This document shows, piece after piece, positions 22,721-31,837 of a stretch of DNA of 64,000 nt (positions within the stretch are counted from its first letter, which is position 1; every line of letters starts with the position of its first letter). The position numbers were made by a program, and so were the translations under genes. The stretch is taken from positions 352,001-416,000 of the forward strand of contig OY762911.1 in the NCBI GenBank assembly GCA_963666565.1, read 5' to 3'. Below the pieces are notes generated by a model, which worked only from the letters and a program-made list of their open reading frames with translations, searched no databases and was not told the origin of the DNA. The DNA is from Thermoanaerobaculia bacterium. Its GTDB lineage: Bacteria; Acidobacteriota; Thermoanaerobaculia; Multivoradales; Multivoraceae.

Positions 22721-23385
22721 ACCGCTTGGCCGTGACCGTGGAAGGCGGCACCGAAGAAGAGTTCGTCAAGCGCGTTCTCGCGGATCACCTGCGCACCGCG
22801 GGTGTCGAGCCCACGCCGATTCTCCTCGGCCGCGCCCGCAGTCGCTTCGGAGGAGGTAACGTCTCTGTCGAGCGACTCGTCTCGGAAATGGTCGAACTGT
22901 CCCGGTCGTTCGACGCCGTCACGTCGTTCGTGGACTTCTACGGTTTTCGCCGCAAGGGCCAGCAGTCCGCGGACGACCTTGAGAACACCCTCGGCCAGCG
23001 GCTCCGCGAGCGAATGGGAGATCGCTGGCGACCGTCGCGCGCGATTCCGTACGTACAGCGGCATGAGTTCGAGAGCCTGCTGTTCTCGAACGTGGACGCC
23101 TTCGGGCGAGTGCTAGGGGCGGCGCCGGAAGCCGTCGGAGAACTGCGGGCGGTCCGCGCGGAGTTCTCGACTCCCGAGGACATCAACGACAGCACCCAGA
23201 CCTGCCCCAGCAGGAGGATCGAGCGCTGCTTGCCCTCGTACGGCAAACGCCGGGACGGGCCGCGTGTGGCCGAGGACATCGGCTTGGCGACGATGTGCGC
23301 CGAGTGTCCCAGATTCCGCGTCTGGCTGACGAGCCTAGAGTCGATGGGAAGCAGTACACCGGCCGGCCACGGGGAGAGAAGATGA
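22717..23385 (+). CDS. DUF4276-family (TOPRIM-like) protein, copy 2
   Basis: VEGGTEEEFV, DFYG, PYVQRHEFESLLF, PEDIND...PSRRI, CPRFRVWL; TTGA overlap. Confidence 0.82.
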   Translation: MNRLAVTVEGGTEEEFVKRVLADHLRTAGVEPTPILLGRARSRFGGGNVSVERLVSEMVELSRSFDAVTSFVDFYGFRRKGQQSADDLENTLGQRLRERMGDRWRPSRAIPYVQRHEFESLLFSNVDAFGRVLGAAPEAVGELRAVRAEFSTPEDINDSTQTCPSRRIERCLPSYGKRRDGPRVAEDIGLATMCAECPRFRVWLTSLESMGSSTPAGHGERR

Positions 23386-23401
23386 CCGGGAGAAACAAGC
23401 C

Positions 23402-26167
23402 ATGGCGCTAATGCCCTGGTACAAGGTCGTGACCCCGCGGCGCGAGGTCCGCGAAGGCCGCTCGTTCAGCCCGGACGAGTTCGCCATCGCGCTGGAGCAG
23501 GTCGTCGCCGGCACGGCGCCGGAGGACTACCGGAATCCGGAGCAGTTCTTCTCGCGGACCTGCTTCACGCGCGCGCTCAGGGAGCACGCCGGCATGGCGC
23601 TTCGCCGGCTTGCCGGCGAGACGGGCAACACGGCGCCCGTGCTCACGCTGATCACGCAGTTCGGCGGCGGCAAGACGCACACGCTGACGGCGCTCTACCA
23701 CCTGGCCAGGGCTGGCTCGAAGGCAGCCGAGCTTCCCGGCGTGCCGGAGCTTCTGCGCGATGCCCGGATGGCGTCAGCACCGGAGGCCCGCGTCGGCGTG
23801 TTTGTCGGCAACGCCTGGGATCCCTCGGAAGGGCGCGAAACGCCCTGGATCGACCTCGCGCGCCAGTTGGCGGGCGCCGAGGGAGTCGACGCTCTCGGCA
23901 CTTCGGCACGAACGACTCCGCCCGGCACCGAGGCGCTGGGCCGAGTGTTCGACGCCGCGGGCGGCCCCGTGCTGCTGCTCTTCGACGAAGTGCTGAACTT
24001 CGTCAACCGGCACCGCGGCATGGCGGACAGCTTCCACGCCTTCCTGCAGAACCTGACGGTCGCTGTAACCGGCAGGACGGGCACGGTCGCCGTGATCAGC
24101 CTGCCGCGAAGCCAGGTCGAGATGACGGAGTTCGACCAGGAATGGCAGAACCGGATCACCAAGATCGTCCGGCGCGTCGCCCGCGACCTGATCGCGAACG
24201 ACGAGGCCGAGATCGGCGAAGTCGTCCGGCGACGGCTCTTCGAGCACCTCGGCGGCGAACGCATCCGAAGGAGGGTCGCCGGCGCGTACGCCGAGTGGTG
24301 CTTTGAACGCTCCGCCCGTCTACCGTCCGAGTGGCTGAAGGTAGACACCGCAACCCGTCCAACGAAGGCGAGAGAGTTCCTCAAGAGCCGCTTCGAGGCC
24401 TGCTACCCGTTCCATCCGGCCACACTCTCCGTGTTCCAGCGCAAGTGGAGCGCGCTGCCGCAGTATCAGCAGACCCGCGGCACGTTGGCCATGCTGGCGC
24501 AGTGGATCTCCTGGGCGGCCCGCCGGCAATTCGCTCAGGCGCGGACCGAGCCCCTGATCACGCTCGGATCCGCACCGCTCGACGTTCCGGAGTTCCGAGC
24601 CGGCGTCCTCGGCCAGTTGGGAGAGGCGCGTCTCGGCGCAGCGATCAAGTCCGATCTCGCGGGAAGCACGGCGCACGCCAAAGCCCTCGACGCCGACACG
24701 AGGGGCCCGCTCCGCGACATTCACCGGCGGGTCGGCGCCGCCATCCTCTTCGAGTCGTCAGGCGGGCAGGTGGACAAGGTGGCGCACCTGCCCGAACTGC
24801 GGTTCGCGCTAGGCGAACCGACGGTCGAGACGACGAGCGTGGACAACGCCGCGAGCGCGCTCGAAGCGTCGAGTTTCTTCCTCCGCACCGTGGGAACGGA
24901 CGGCTACCGAATCCACCACCAGGCGACGCTCCGGAAAGTCGTCAGCGACCGGCAGGCGTCGCTCGACGAGGAGACCGAGGTCAAGCCCGCGATCCGCTCC
25001 CTGGTCGAGTCCGAGTTTCGGACCGGGGCCGAACTGCCTCTCGTCCTGTTTCCGGCGGACAGCGCCGCAGTCCCGGATTCTCCCCGGTTGACCGTGGTAG
25101 TGGCCGATCCCGACGCGGGAGCGGGCGACGAGGAGGCGCTCAAGACGATCGAAAGATGGACCGTCGAACGGGGCAACTCGCCGCGTCTGTACCCCGGCGC
25201 TCTGGTCTGGTGCGCCAAGAAACCGGGGCGCGAACTTCAGTCGAAGGTCGAAACCCTGCTGGCATGGCAGCGGGTGGCTCGCGAAGTCGCGGAAGGCGTC
25301 CTCGGCGCCGAGTATGATCGGGCCGACCGGCAGCGAGTCCAAGCCACGGTCAGGGAAGCTCGCGACGCGGCCAAGGACGAGATCTGGGCAGGCTACCGCT
25401 TCGTCACCTTGCGCGACGGCCGGGAGAAGCGCCTGAAGACGATCGATCTCGGCGCCGGCCACGCCAGCGCCAGCGAATCGCTCTGCGGCCGAATCGTCGG
25501 CACCCTGCGAGCCGAAGCGTTACTCAGCAACTCGGTCGGGGCCGGCTACATCGAACGTCACTGGCCGCCGGCCCTGGAGGCGGATGGGGCCTGGCCGCTG
25601 CGAGGTTTGCGTCAGAGCTTCCTCGACGGCGCGTTGACCCGGCTGATCGACCCCGACGCCGTCTTGCGCCGCCAGATTCTCGAATTCGTCGCCCGCGGCG
25701 ACTTCGGCCTCGGATCCGGAAAGGAGAACGGCGCCTTCCGCCGGCTCTGGTACGCGGAAGCAGTGCCGCCCGAAGAGGTGGCTTTCGAGCCAGACGTCTA
25801 CCTCGTGGCAAAGTCGAAGGCGGATGCGCTGCGAACGGCGCCGCCGGTCGGCCCATCGCCGGAACCGACGTCGCCGCTCGAATCCGAACCACCCAGCGCG
25901 CCGCCGAGTAAGCCCGACGCGAAAGGCCACCAAGCCGCGCAGAAGGTCACGCTTCGCCTTGTGGGCGACGTGCCGCCGGAAGTCTGGAACCGGCTTGGCA
26001 CGAAGCTGCTCACCAAGCTCCGCACGGGAAGCGACGTGCGGGTTGGAATCGAGTGCCAGGTTGCGGTCGATCCGGCGTTCGCCGAAGCGCTGGCAAGCGA
26101 CCTGCGGCTGATCCTGGACGATCTCGGACTGACGGAGCGGGTGCGCATCGACCGAACCCCGAGCTGA
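23402..26167 (+). CDS. DUF499 AAA+ ATPase
   Basis: PWYKVVTPRREV, FFSRT, TQFGGGKTH Walker A, LLLFDE Walker B, VVRRRLF, YPFHP, QQTRGTL. Confidence 0.9.
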   Translation: MALMPWYKVVTPRREVREGRSFSPDEFAIALEQVVAGTAPEDYRNPEQFFSRTCFTRALREHAGMALRRLAGETGNTAPVLTLITQFGGGKTHTLTALYHLARAGSKAAELPGVPELLRDARMASAPEARVGVFVGNAWDPSEGRETPWIDLARQLAGAEGVDALGTSARTTPPGTEALGRVFDAAGGPVLLLFDEVLNFVNRHRGMADSFHAFLQNLTVAVTGRTGTVAVISLPRSQVEMTEFDQEWQNRITKIVRRVARDLIANDEAEIGEVVRRRLFEHLGGERIRRRVAGAYAEWCFERSARLPSEWLKVDTATRPTKAREFLKSRFEACYPFHPATLSVFQRKWSALPQYQQTRGTLAMLAQWISWAARRQFAQARTEPLITLGSAPLDVPEFRAGVLGQLGEARLGAAIKSDLAGSTAHAKALDADTRGPLRDIHRRVGAAILFESSGGQVDKVAHLPELRFALGEPTVETTSVDNAASALEASSFFLRTVGTDGYRIHHQATLRKVVSDRQASLDEETEVKPAIRSLVESEFRTGAELPLVLFPADSAAVPDSPRLTVVVADPDAGAGDEEALKTIERWTVERGNSPRLYPGALVWCAKKPGRELQSKVETLLAWQRVAREVAEGVLGAEYDRADRQRVQATVREARDAAKDEIWAGYRFVTLRDGREKRLKTIDLGAGHASASESLCGRIVGTLRAEALLSNSVGAGYIERHWPPALEADGAWPLRGLRQSFLDGALTRLIDPDAVLRRQILEFVARGDFGLGSGKENGAFRRLWYAEAVPPEEVAFEPDVYLVAKSKADALRTAPPVGPSPEPTSPLESEPPSAPPSKPDAKGHQAAQKVTLRLVGDVPPEVWNRLGTKLLTKLRTGSDVRVGIECQVAVDPAFAEALASDLRLILDDLGLTERVRIDRTPS

Positions 26168-26205
26168 CGTTCCGCACCTCCACCAGCTCGAACCATGTAC
26201 TCGAT

Positions 26206-26217
26206 TCCCGGCAAGGT
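26206..26217 (+). repeat. Left copy of a 12-bp direct repeat TCCCGGCAAGGT flanking the RT gene
   Basis: Identical 12-mer at 26206-26217 and 29193-29204. Confidence 0.6.
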
Positions 26218-27178
26218 TCCGAGTCGGTGGCGCTCTTGACAACTCCTCCATGCCTACCCAAGTAACCACTGGACGCGGCCTATCACCAGCTGCGGCCTTC
26301 ACCGGGCTCGTCGACCATGGCCTCTTCAGCGAGAAACTCCCACCCTGCTTCACCTCCGAGGGGCTCTCCACGTGTATTCCTCCCGCGCTTCTGCCGGTCG
26401 CCACCGAGGTCGATCCGAAGAAGCTGTGGAAACTCCTTAAGGGCAGGACACACAACTACATCCGATACAGCCTCCTTCGCGACAGCAACGTCCCGCGCCA
26501 ACTCGGCGTGCCGCACCCAGAGAGCTACTTGGCCCAGTGTCTGGCGATTCAGCGCCTCTTCCCCGCCATCAAGAACCACTGCGCGAAGCCGCACCCACCC
26601 GTGAGCCGTATCTTCGTCCGCAGCACGGCCGGGAAACGCGTGTTCCAGATGAACTACCAAGGACGAGAACGCTTCGACAACACCGAACTCGACTTGCCAC
26701 ACATGACGGGCGCCGCCTACGTCGCTAACTCCGATATCTCGAGTTGCTTCCCTTCAATCTACACGCACTCGATTCCCTGGGCTCTCCACGGAAAGGCCAA
26801 CGCCAAGAAAGGCCGCTTCGACTTCTCTGCGGGCAACTTGCTGGACCGCGCCACCCAATGCACTCAGGACGGACAAACGAACGGACTCCTTATCGGGCCA
26901 CACTCGTCCAACCTGCTAGCAGAGATCATCCTCACATCCGTTGACGAGAGAATCCTGAAAAGGGGTTACTCCCGGGTCGTTCGTCACATCGACGACTACA
27001 AGTTCTACGCGAAGACACACGAGGAGGCTGAGCGCTTCCTTCGCGAGCTTTCACTGGAGATGCGCAAGTTCGAGCTGGTACTCAACGACCGGAAGACACG
27101 AATCCTCCGAATGCCCCGTCCCCTCGACAGTGAATGGGTCAGGCAACTCACCGGATCTCAACTGGCGCGAAGCAGAGG

Positions 27179-28517
27179 GGGTCTTCAGGCTGTTGTGTGG
27201 GCAAGAGCGGCGTGTATGGCCGCCCATCGGCCTTAGACTGGCGGGATGAAGAGTGCCAGGACGTTCGAGAGGTTGTTGGGGATCAAGCCGCCTTGGCGGG
27301 TGCGGGAGGTGGTGCTTCGGATGGACGAGCCGCATCCGCGCCGCCGCGGTCCGGTGGTGGGCGGGACGGTGGAGATCCACGTCGAGCATCGCGGGGAGAC
27401 CCGCTGTCCCGAGTGCGGCGTGGCGTGTCCGGGCTACGACAGCAGGCATCGCCGCTGGCGTCATCTGGACACGATGCAGCACCAGACCCGGGTTCACGCC
27501 GAGGTGCCTCGGGTGCGCTGCGCCGAGCATGGCGTTCACCAGTTGAAGGTACCTTGGGCGGACGAGGGTTCGCGGTTCACGGCGCTGTTCGAGGCGGAGG
27601 CCATCGAGTGGTTGCGAGAGGCGAGCGTTCACGCCGTGGCGCGCCGCATGGGCTTGAGCTGGGATGAGACGGCGGGGATCCAGCGTCGCGCCGTGGAGCG
27701 TGGTCTCGCGAGACGCCGGCTGGAGCCGCCTCGGCTGTTGGGCGTGGACGAGACGTCGTTTCGGAGGCGCCACGAGTACGTGACGGTGGTCAACGATCTG
27801 GAGCGTGGCGTGGTGACCCATGTGGCCGACGGTCGCGGCCGGTCGGCCATCGACGGCTACTTCGAGGAGCTGGGCGAAACGAAGTGCGCGGGCATCGAGC
27901 AAGTGGCGATGGACATGTGGCCGGCCTACATCTCTTCGGTGGAGGAGTACACGGACGCGGACATCGTTCATGACCGATTCCACATCGTCGCGCACCTGAA
28001 CCACGCGGTGGACCTGGTTCGGCGCGCCGAGCAGCGGGAGTTGCTCGAAGCAGGGGATCCGAGTCTGAAGCGGAGTCGCTACCTGTGGCTGATGGGGAGT
28101 GGGCGCATGACCCGTTCGCAGCAGCGGCGCTTCGCCGCTCTTCGCGCGAGCCACCTTCGCGTGGCCCGGGCCTGGGCGATCAAGGAGATGGCGCGGGACT
28201 CGTGGGGCTACATGCGCCGCGGGTGGGCCGAGCGGCGCTGGACGCGCTGGTACAACTGGGCGATTCGCAGCCGGCTGAAACCGATCAGGAAGGTGGCCAG
28301 GATGATCAGGAGCCACTGGGACGCCGTCATCAACGCCGCCGTGTCCGGCATCTCCAGCGCCAACGCCGAGGGGATCAACGCGACGATCCAGAAGATCAAG
28401 CGAAGAGCGCACGGCTATCGAAACCGAGAGCACTTCCGGCTCGCCATCTACTTCCATCTCGGCGGACTCGACATGGCTCCCGAGTCACTCCGTGCCCACA
28501 CATAACCCGGAAGCGCC
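27179..28517 (+). mobile_element. ISL3-family insertion sequence, 1339 bp
   Basis: Imperfect 25-bp terminal IRs (GGGTCTTCAGGCTGTTGTGTGGGCA vs GGCGCTTCCGGGTTATGTGTGGGCA, 19/25) and 8-bp TSD AGCAGAGG at 27171-27178 and 28518-28525. Confidence 0.95.
27246..28505 (+). CDS. ISL3-family transposase
   Basis: Zinc finger CPECG...PRVRCAEHG, LGVDET, VAMDMW, DRFHI, AEGINATIQKIKRRAHGYRN; intact ORF. Confidence 0.95.
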   Translation: MKSARTFERLLGIKPPWRVREVVLRMDEPHPRRRGPVVGGTVEIHVEHRGETRCPECGVACPGYDSRHRRWRHLDTMQHQTRVHAEVPRVRCAEHGVHQLKVPWADEGSRFTALFEAEAIEWLREASVHAVARRMGLSWDETAGIQRRAVERGLARRRLEPPRLLGVDETSFRRRHEYVTVVNDLERGVVTHVADGRGRSAIDGYFEELGETKCAGIEQVAMDMWPAYISSVEEYTDADIVHDRFHIVAHLNHAVDLVRRAEQRELLEAGDPSLKRSRYLWLMGSGRMTRSQQRRFAALRASHLRVARAWAIKEMARDSWGYMRRGWAERRWTRWYNWAIRSRLKPIRKVARMIRSHWDAVINAAVSGISSANAEGINATIQKIKRRAHGYRNREHFRLAIYFHLGGLDMAPESLRAHT

Positions 28518-29192
28518 AGCAGAGGGAGGGTCGGAATCGGACCACCGCGCGCCCTCCTCGATCTGGCGTTGAAGCTGGCCCAAGAGAACGGCACGTCCGC
28601 GGTCTTGAACTACGCGATCAAGATGGTCCCGGCGCGTTTGTATCCCAGGGCTCGGCCTCTCTTCGTCCGACAGGTGGTCAACCTTGCGCTTCAGTACCCA
28701 TACCTGGCAACCCTTCTCGACGTCCATCTCTTCCAGAAACACCGCTACGACGGCATCGAGACCATTATCCGGGAGTTCAGCGACGAGCTCGTTGTGATCG
28801 GCACGAGGCGGCTCTTCTCGGACGCGATCTGCCAAGCTCTGTATCTTGCACTGAAGTACGGGTTCGACATCCCCTCTCTTGATGAGCAGCGCGCCAAGCA
28901 GATTCTCGACATGAACGACTGTCTGTCGGACGTTCTTCTCTTCTCCTACTCAGGGCGTCATGGACTCCGACAGACGCGAGGACGCCTTCGGCACCGCGCG
29001 AAACAGCTACGGGGGCACCCGCTTGAGCAGCAGGATCGGTTCTGGCTCCTGCTGTACGAAGTGTCGACTCCGCAAGCTCTGAGGCGGGCGGACCAGGAGT
29101 TCCTTGCGGACTTGAAGGACGGTGGATTCCGCTTCGTGAGGTTCGAGTGAATCTGCGGCGCAGAACGCGGTATGGCCCTCTGGGCCCTGGAG

Positions 29193-29204
29193 TCCCGGCA
29201 AGGT
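29193..29204 (+). repeat. Right copy of the 12-bp direct repeat TCCCGGCAAGGT
   Basis: Matches 26206-26217. Confidence 0.6.
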
Positions 29205-29442
29205 CTGGGCCGCCTGCGGAGTGCCGCGAGGCTGGCGCTGTTGGAGCTTCTCCGGCACGCGACCACCCCACTGCTGCAGGACAGACGCCACGTTCAGAGC
29301 GACAAAGACGGGAAACCGGGCTAGCTGGCGCATCTGGAGGCGATACGATCACACACTGGACGACCCTAGGAGGCCTCCAGCGACCGCGTAGCGCGTACTG
29401 AGCCGGGCATCGCAGTAGCTGGGAGCGGAGAAAAACCGCGCC

Positions 29443-30630
29443 ATGAACCCTGAATCCAGTCCGTTCAGTCCAGGACAGCCGGTGCCCGCCGAGTTTTTCG
29501 TCGGCCGCACGGCGGAGATCGACTGTCTGCGGGGCATGGTTCGGGGCAGCGCCGAAGGCCGGTTCCGTGTCGGCTTCATCAGCGGCGAGCGGGGCATCGG
29601 GAAGAGTTCGATCGCGGCCTTCGTCCGCCGGCTCGTGGAGCAGGAAGGCGACGCCGTCGGCTGCCACGTCTTCCTGGGAGGAGTGCAGGGCCTTCCGGAG
29701 ATGCTGCGCCGGACGTTCGACCGTCTGCTCAAGGAGAGCATCGACCGGCCGTGGCACGATCAGCTCAAGGGCTACTTCGGAAACCGCGTCAGACAGGTCG
29801 GCCTCTTCGGCGTGACCCTCGAGCTGGATCTCTCCGACGAGGAGTTCTCTACCGTTCAGCACGACTTCGTGCCGGCGATCCGGCGCCTCCTGGACAAGAT
29901 CAAGGACCACAGGAGATCCCTGTTCCTGATCCTCGACGACATCAACGGGTTGGCCCGGTCGGCGGACTTCGCCAACTGGCTCAAGAGCTCGGTGGACGAG
30001 ATCGCCACGTCGGAGCCACCGACGCGGCTTTGCCTCCTCGTGGTCGGGCTGGAGGAACGTCGCGCGGATCTCATCGCCCGCCAACCTTCGCTGGCCCGGG
30101 TGTTCGATCTTGTCGACATCGCGCCTTGGTCGGACGACGAGGCGCGCGAGTTCTACCGCAACTCGTTCGCGGTCGCGGGAGCGCACATCGCCGGGCGGGA
30201 ACTCGATTTGCTGGTCCGCTTCACCGGCGGCCTTCCCGTTCTCGCCCACGAGATCGGCGACGCGGTGTGGCGTGAGTCGAGGACGCGCGAGATCCGATCG
30301 GGCGACGTTGTCAGAGGCGTGGCGGCTGCCGCCGAGGTCATCGGCAGGAAGCTGCTCGAGCCCCGGATCTTCAAGGCGGTTCGCAGCGAGCGCTATCGGT
30401 CGATCCTCCGCCGGATCGCGGAGGAGCCCAGGACCCGTTTCACCCGCGCGGAACTCCTGGAGCGGTTACCGGGCAAGGAGAGGAAGGCGCTCGACAGCTT
30501 CCTGCGGCGCATGAAGGAACTCGGAGCGATCGAGTCCGACCCGGAGGTGAACGGCGGGTACCGATTCCCCAACCGGCTGCACGCGCTGTACTTCTTCACC
30601 GAGGCACAGACGCACCAAACCAGGATCTGA
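29443..30630 (+). CDS. P-loop ATPase of AAA_16/archaeal-ATPase (STAND-like) type with probable C-terminal winged helix
   Basis: SPFSPGQPV...FVGR, ISGERGIGKSS Walker A, LILDD Walker B, TGGLP, GGYRFPNRL. Confidence 0.8.
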   Translation: MNPESSPFSPGQPVPAEFFVGRTAEIDCLRGMVRGSAEGRFRVGFISGERGIGKSSIAAFVRRLVEQEGDAVGCHVFLGGVQGLPEMLRRTFDRLLKESIDRPWHDQLKGYFGNRVRQVGLFGVTLELDLSDEEFSTVQHDFVPAIRRLLDKIKDHRRSLFLILDDINGLARSADFANWLKSSVDEIATSEPPTRLCLLVVGLEERRADLIARQPSLARVFDLVDIAPWSDDEAREFYRNSFAVAGAHIAGRELDLLVRFTGGLPVLAHEIGDAVWRESRTREIRSGDVVRGVAAAAEVIGRKLLEPRIFKAVRSERYRSILRRIAEEPRTRFTRAELLERLPGKERKALDSFLRRMKELGAIESDPEVNGGYRFPNRLHALYFFTEAQTHQTRI

Positions 30631-30638
30631 GTCACCCG

Positions 30639-31739
30639 CTACGGCGACGTGAACTCCAGCCCGTGTGCGTCGGCGACCGCCTCGTGCGTCACACGCCCAT
30701 CCACCACATTGACGCCCCCGGCCAGGGCCGGGTCGCGTTCGGCCGCGGCGCGCCAGCCGCGGTCGGCGATCTCCAGGGCGTAGGTCATCGTGGCGTTGGT
30801 CAGGGCGTAGGTAGAGGTGTGCGGGACGGCGCCGGGCATGTTCGAGACGCAGTAGTGGATCACGCCCTCCTCGACGTAGCGGGGGTCGCGGTGCGTGGTC
30901 GGACGGCTGGTCTCGGCGCAGCCGCCCTGGTCGACGGCCACGTCGACGAGAGCCGAACCCGGCTCCATCAGCTTGAGATGCTCGCGGGTGACGAGGCGCG
31001 GCGTGCGCGCGCCGGGGATCAGCACGGAGCACACGACCAGGTCGGCCGAGGCGACCGCGCCTTCGATGTTCGCGGCGTTCGACATGAGGGTCGTCACGTG
31101 GCCCTGGACCACGTCGCGGACGTAGCCGAGGCGCTGGGGATCGATGTCGAGGATCGTCACGTCGGCGCCGAAGCCGACGCCGACGACGCAGGCGTTGAGC
31201 CCCACGACGCCGGCGCCCAGGATCGTCACCCGGCCGCGGCGGACGCCCGAGACGCCCGGCAGGAGCAGGCCCTTGCCGCCGGCGAGACACTCCAGCGAGG
31301 CCGCCCCGGCCTGGATCGAAAGCCGGCCCGCGACCTCGGACATCGGCGCGAGCAGCGGCAGCGAACCGTCGGCGAGCTGGACGGTCTCGTAGCCGATGCC
31401 GACTATGCGCCGATCGAGCAGGCTCGCCGTGAGTTCCGCCGACGCCGCCAGGTGGAGGTAGGTGAAGAGGATCTGGCCGCGCCTCATGCGCTCGAACTCG
31501 GGTTCGAGCGGCTCCTTGACCTTGAGGACCATGTCGGAGCGTTCCCACAGTGCGTCCGCGCCTTCGACGACGATGGCGCCGGCGGCCTCGAAGGCGCCGT
31601 CCGGGAACGCGCTGCCGGCGCCGGCGCCCGCCTGGACCGCCACCTCGTGGCCACGCGCCACGAACGCCGCAACGCCGGCCGGGGTGATCGCCACCCGGTG
31701 CTCGTCCGTCTTGATCTCCGTGGGAATGCCGATTTTCAT
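30639..31739 (-). CDS. ald: Alanine dehydrogenase
   Basis: MKIGIPTEIK..EHRVAITP, KVKEP, FTYLHLA, PLLAPMSEVAGR, DVAVDQGGC, NMPGAVP.TSTYAL. Confidence 0.96.
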   Translation of the reverse strand: MKIGIPTEIKTDEHRVAITPAGVAAFVARGHEVAVQAGAGAGSAFPDGAFEAAGAIVVEGADALWERSDMVLKVKEPLEPEFERMRRGQILFTYLHLAASAELTASLLDRRIVGIGYETVQLADGSLPLLAPMSEVAGRLSIQAGAASLECLAGGKGLLLPGVSGVRRGRVTILGAGVVGLNACVVGVGFGADVTILDIDPQRLGYVRDVVQGHVTTLMSNAANIEGAVASADLVVCSVLIPGARTPRLVTREHLKLMEPGSALVDVAVDQGGCAETSRPTTHRDPRYVEEGVIHYCVSNMPGAVPHTSTYALTNATMTYALEIADRGWRAAAERDPALAGGVNVVDGRVTHEAVADAHGLEFTSP

Positions 31740-31837
31740 CGTGCCCTCGCTTCCGCCGCCTGACGGCCAGCCGACAAACCGGACATTAGCGAACGCGCGC
31801 CGCCGCCGCCCCGCCGCCCCGCTGGTAGCCTTCGTCA

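Larger units (their letters stand above)
26250..29150 (+). pseudogene. Abi/UG-class (defence-associated) reverse transcriptase interrupted by ISL3; segments 26250-27178 and 28526-29150
   Basis: RQLGVPHP, SDISSCFPSIYTHSIPWALHGK, TNGLLIGPHSSNLLAEIIL, RHIDDY, LVLNDRKT; removing the IS and one TSD joins in frame (..LARSRG-RVGIGPPRALLDLALKLA..) to give 517 aa with a helical C-terminal region. Confidence 0.9.

Noticed and set aside
26168-26249. Retron msr-msd upstream of the RT
   Set aside because: Only 82 bp, no a1/a2 inverted repeats seen, and the RT lacks the retron NAxxH and VTG motifs
29147-29401. 84-aa ORF overlapping the RT stop as a partner protein
   Set aside because: Pro/Arg/Gly-rich composition typical of spurious high-GC ORFs and no motif; not excluded, but unsupported
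26250-29442. Canonical DRT3, DGR or group II intron
   Set aside because: Only one RT (DRT3 needs two); no TR/VR pair or Avd; no GxPQG/YADD or maturase signature
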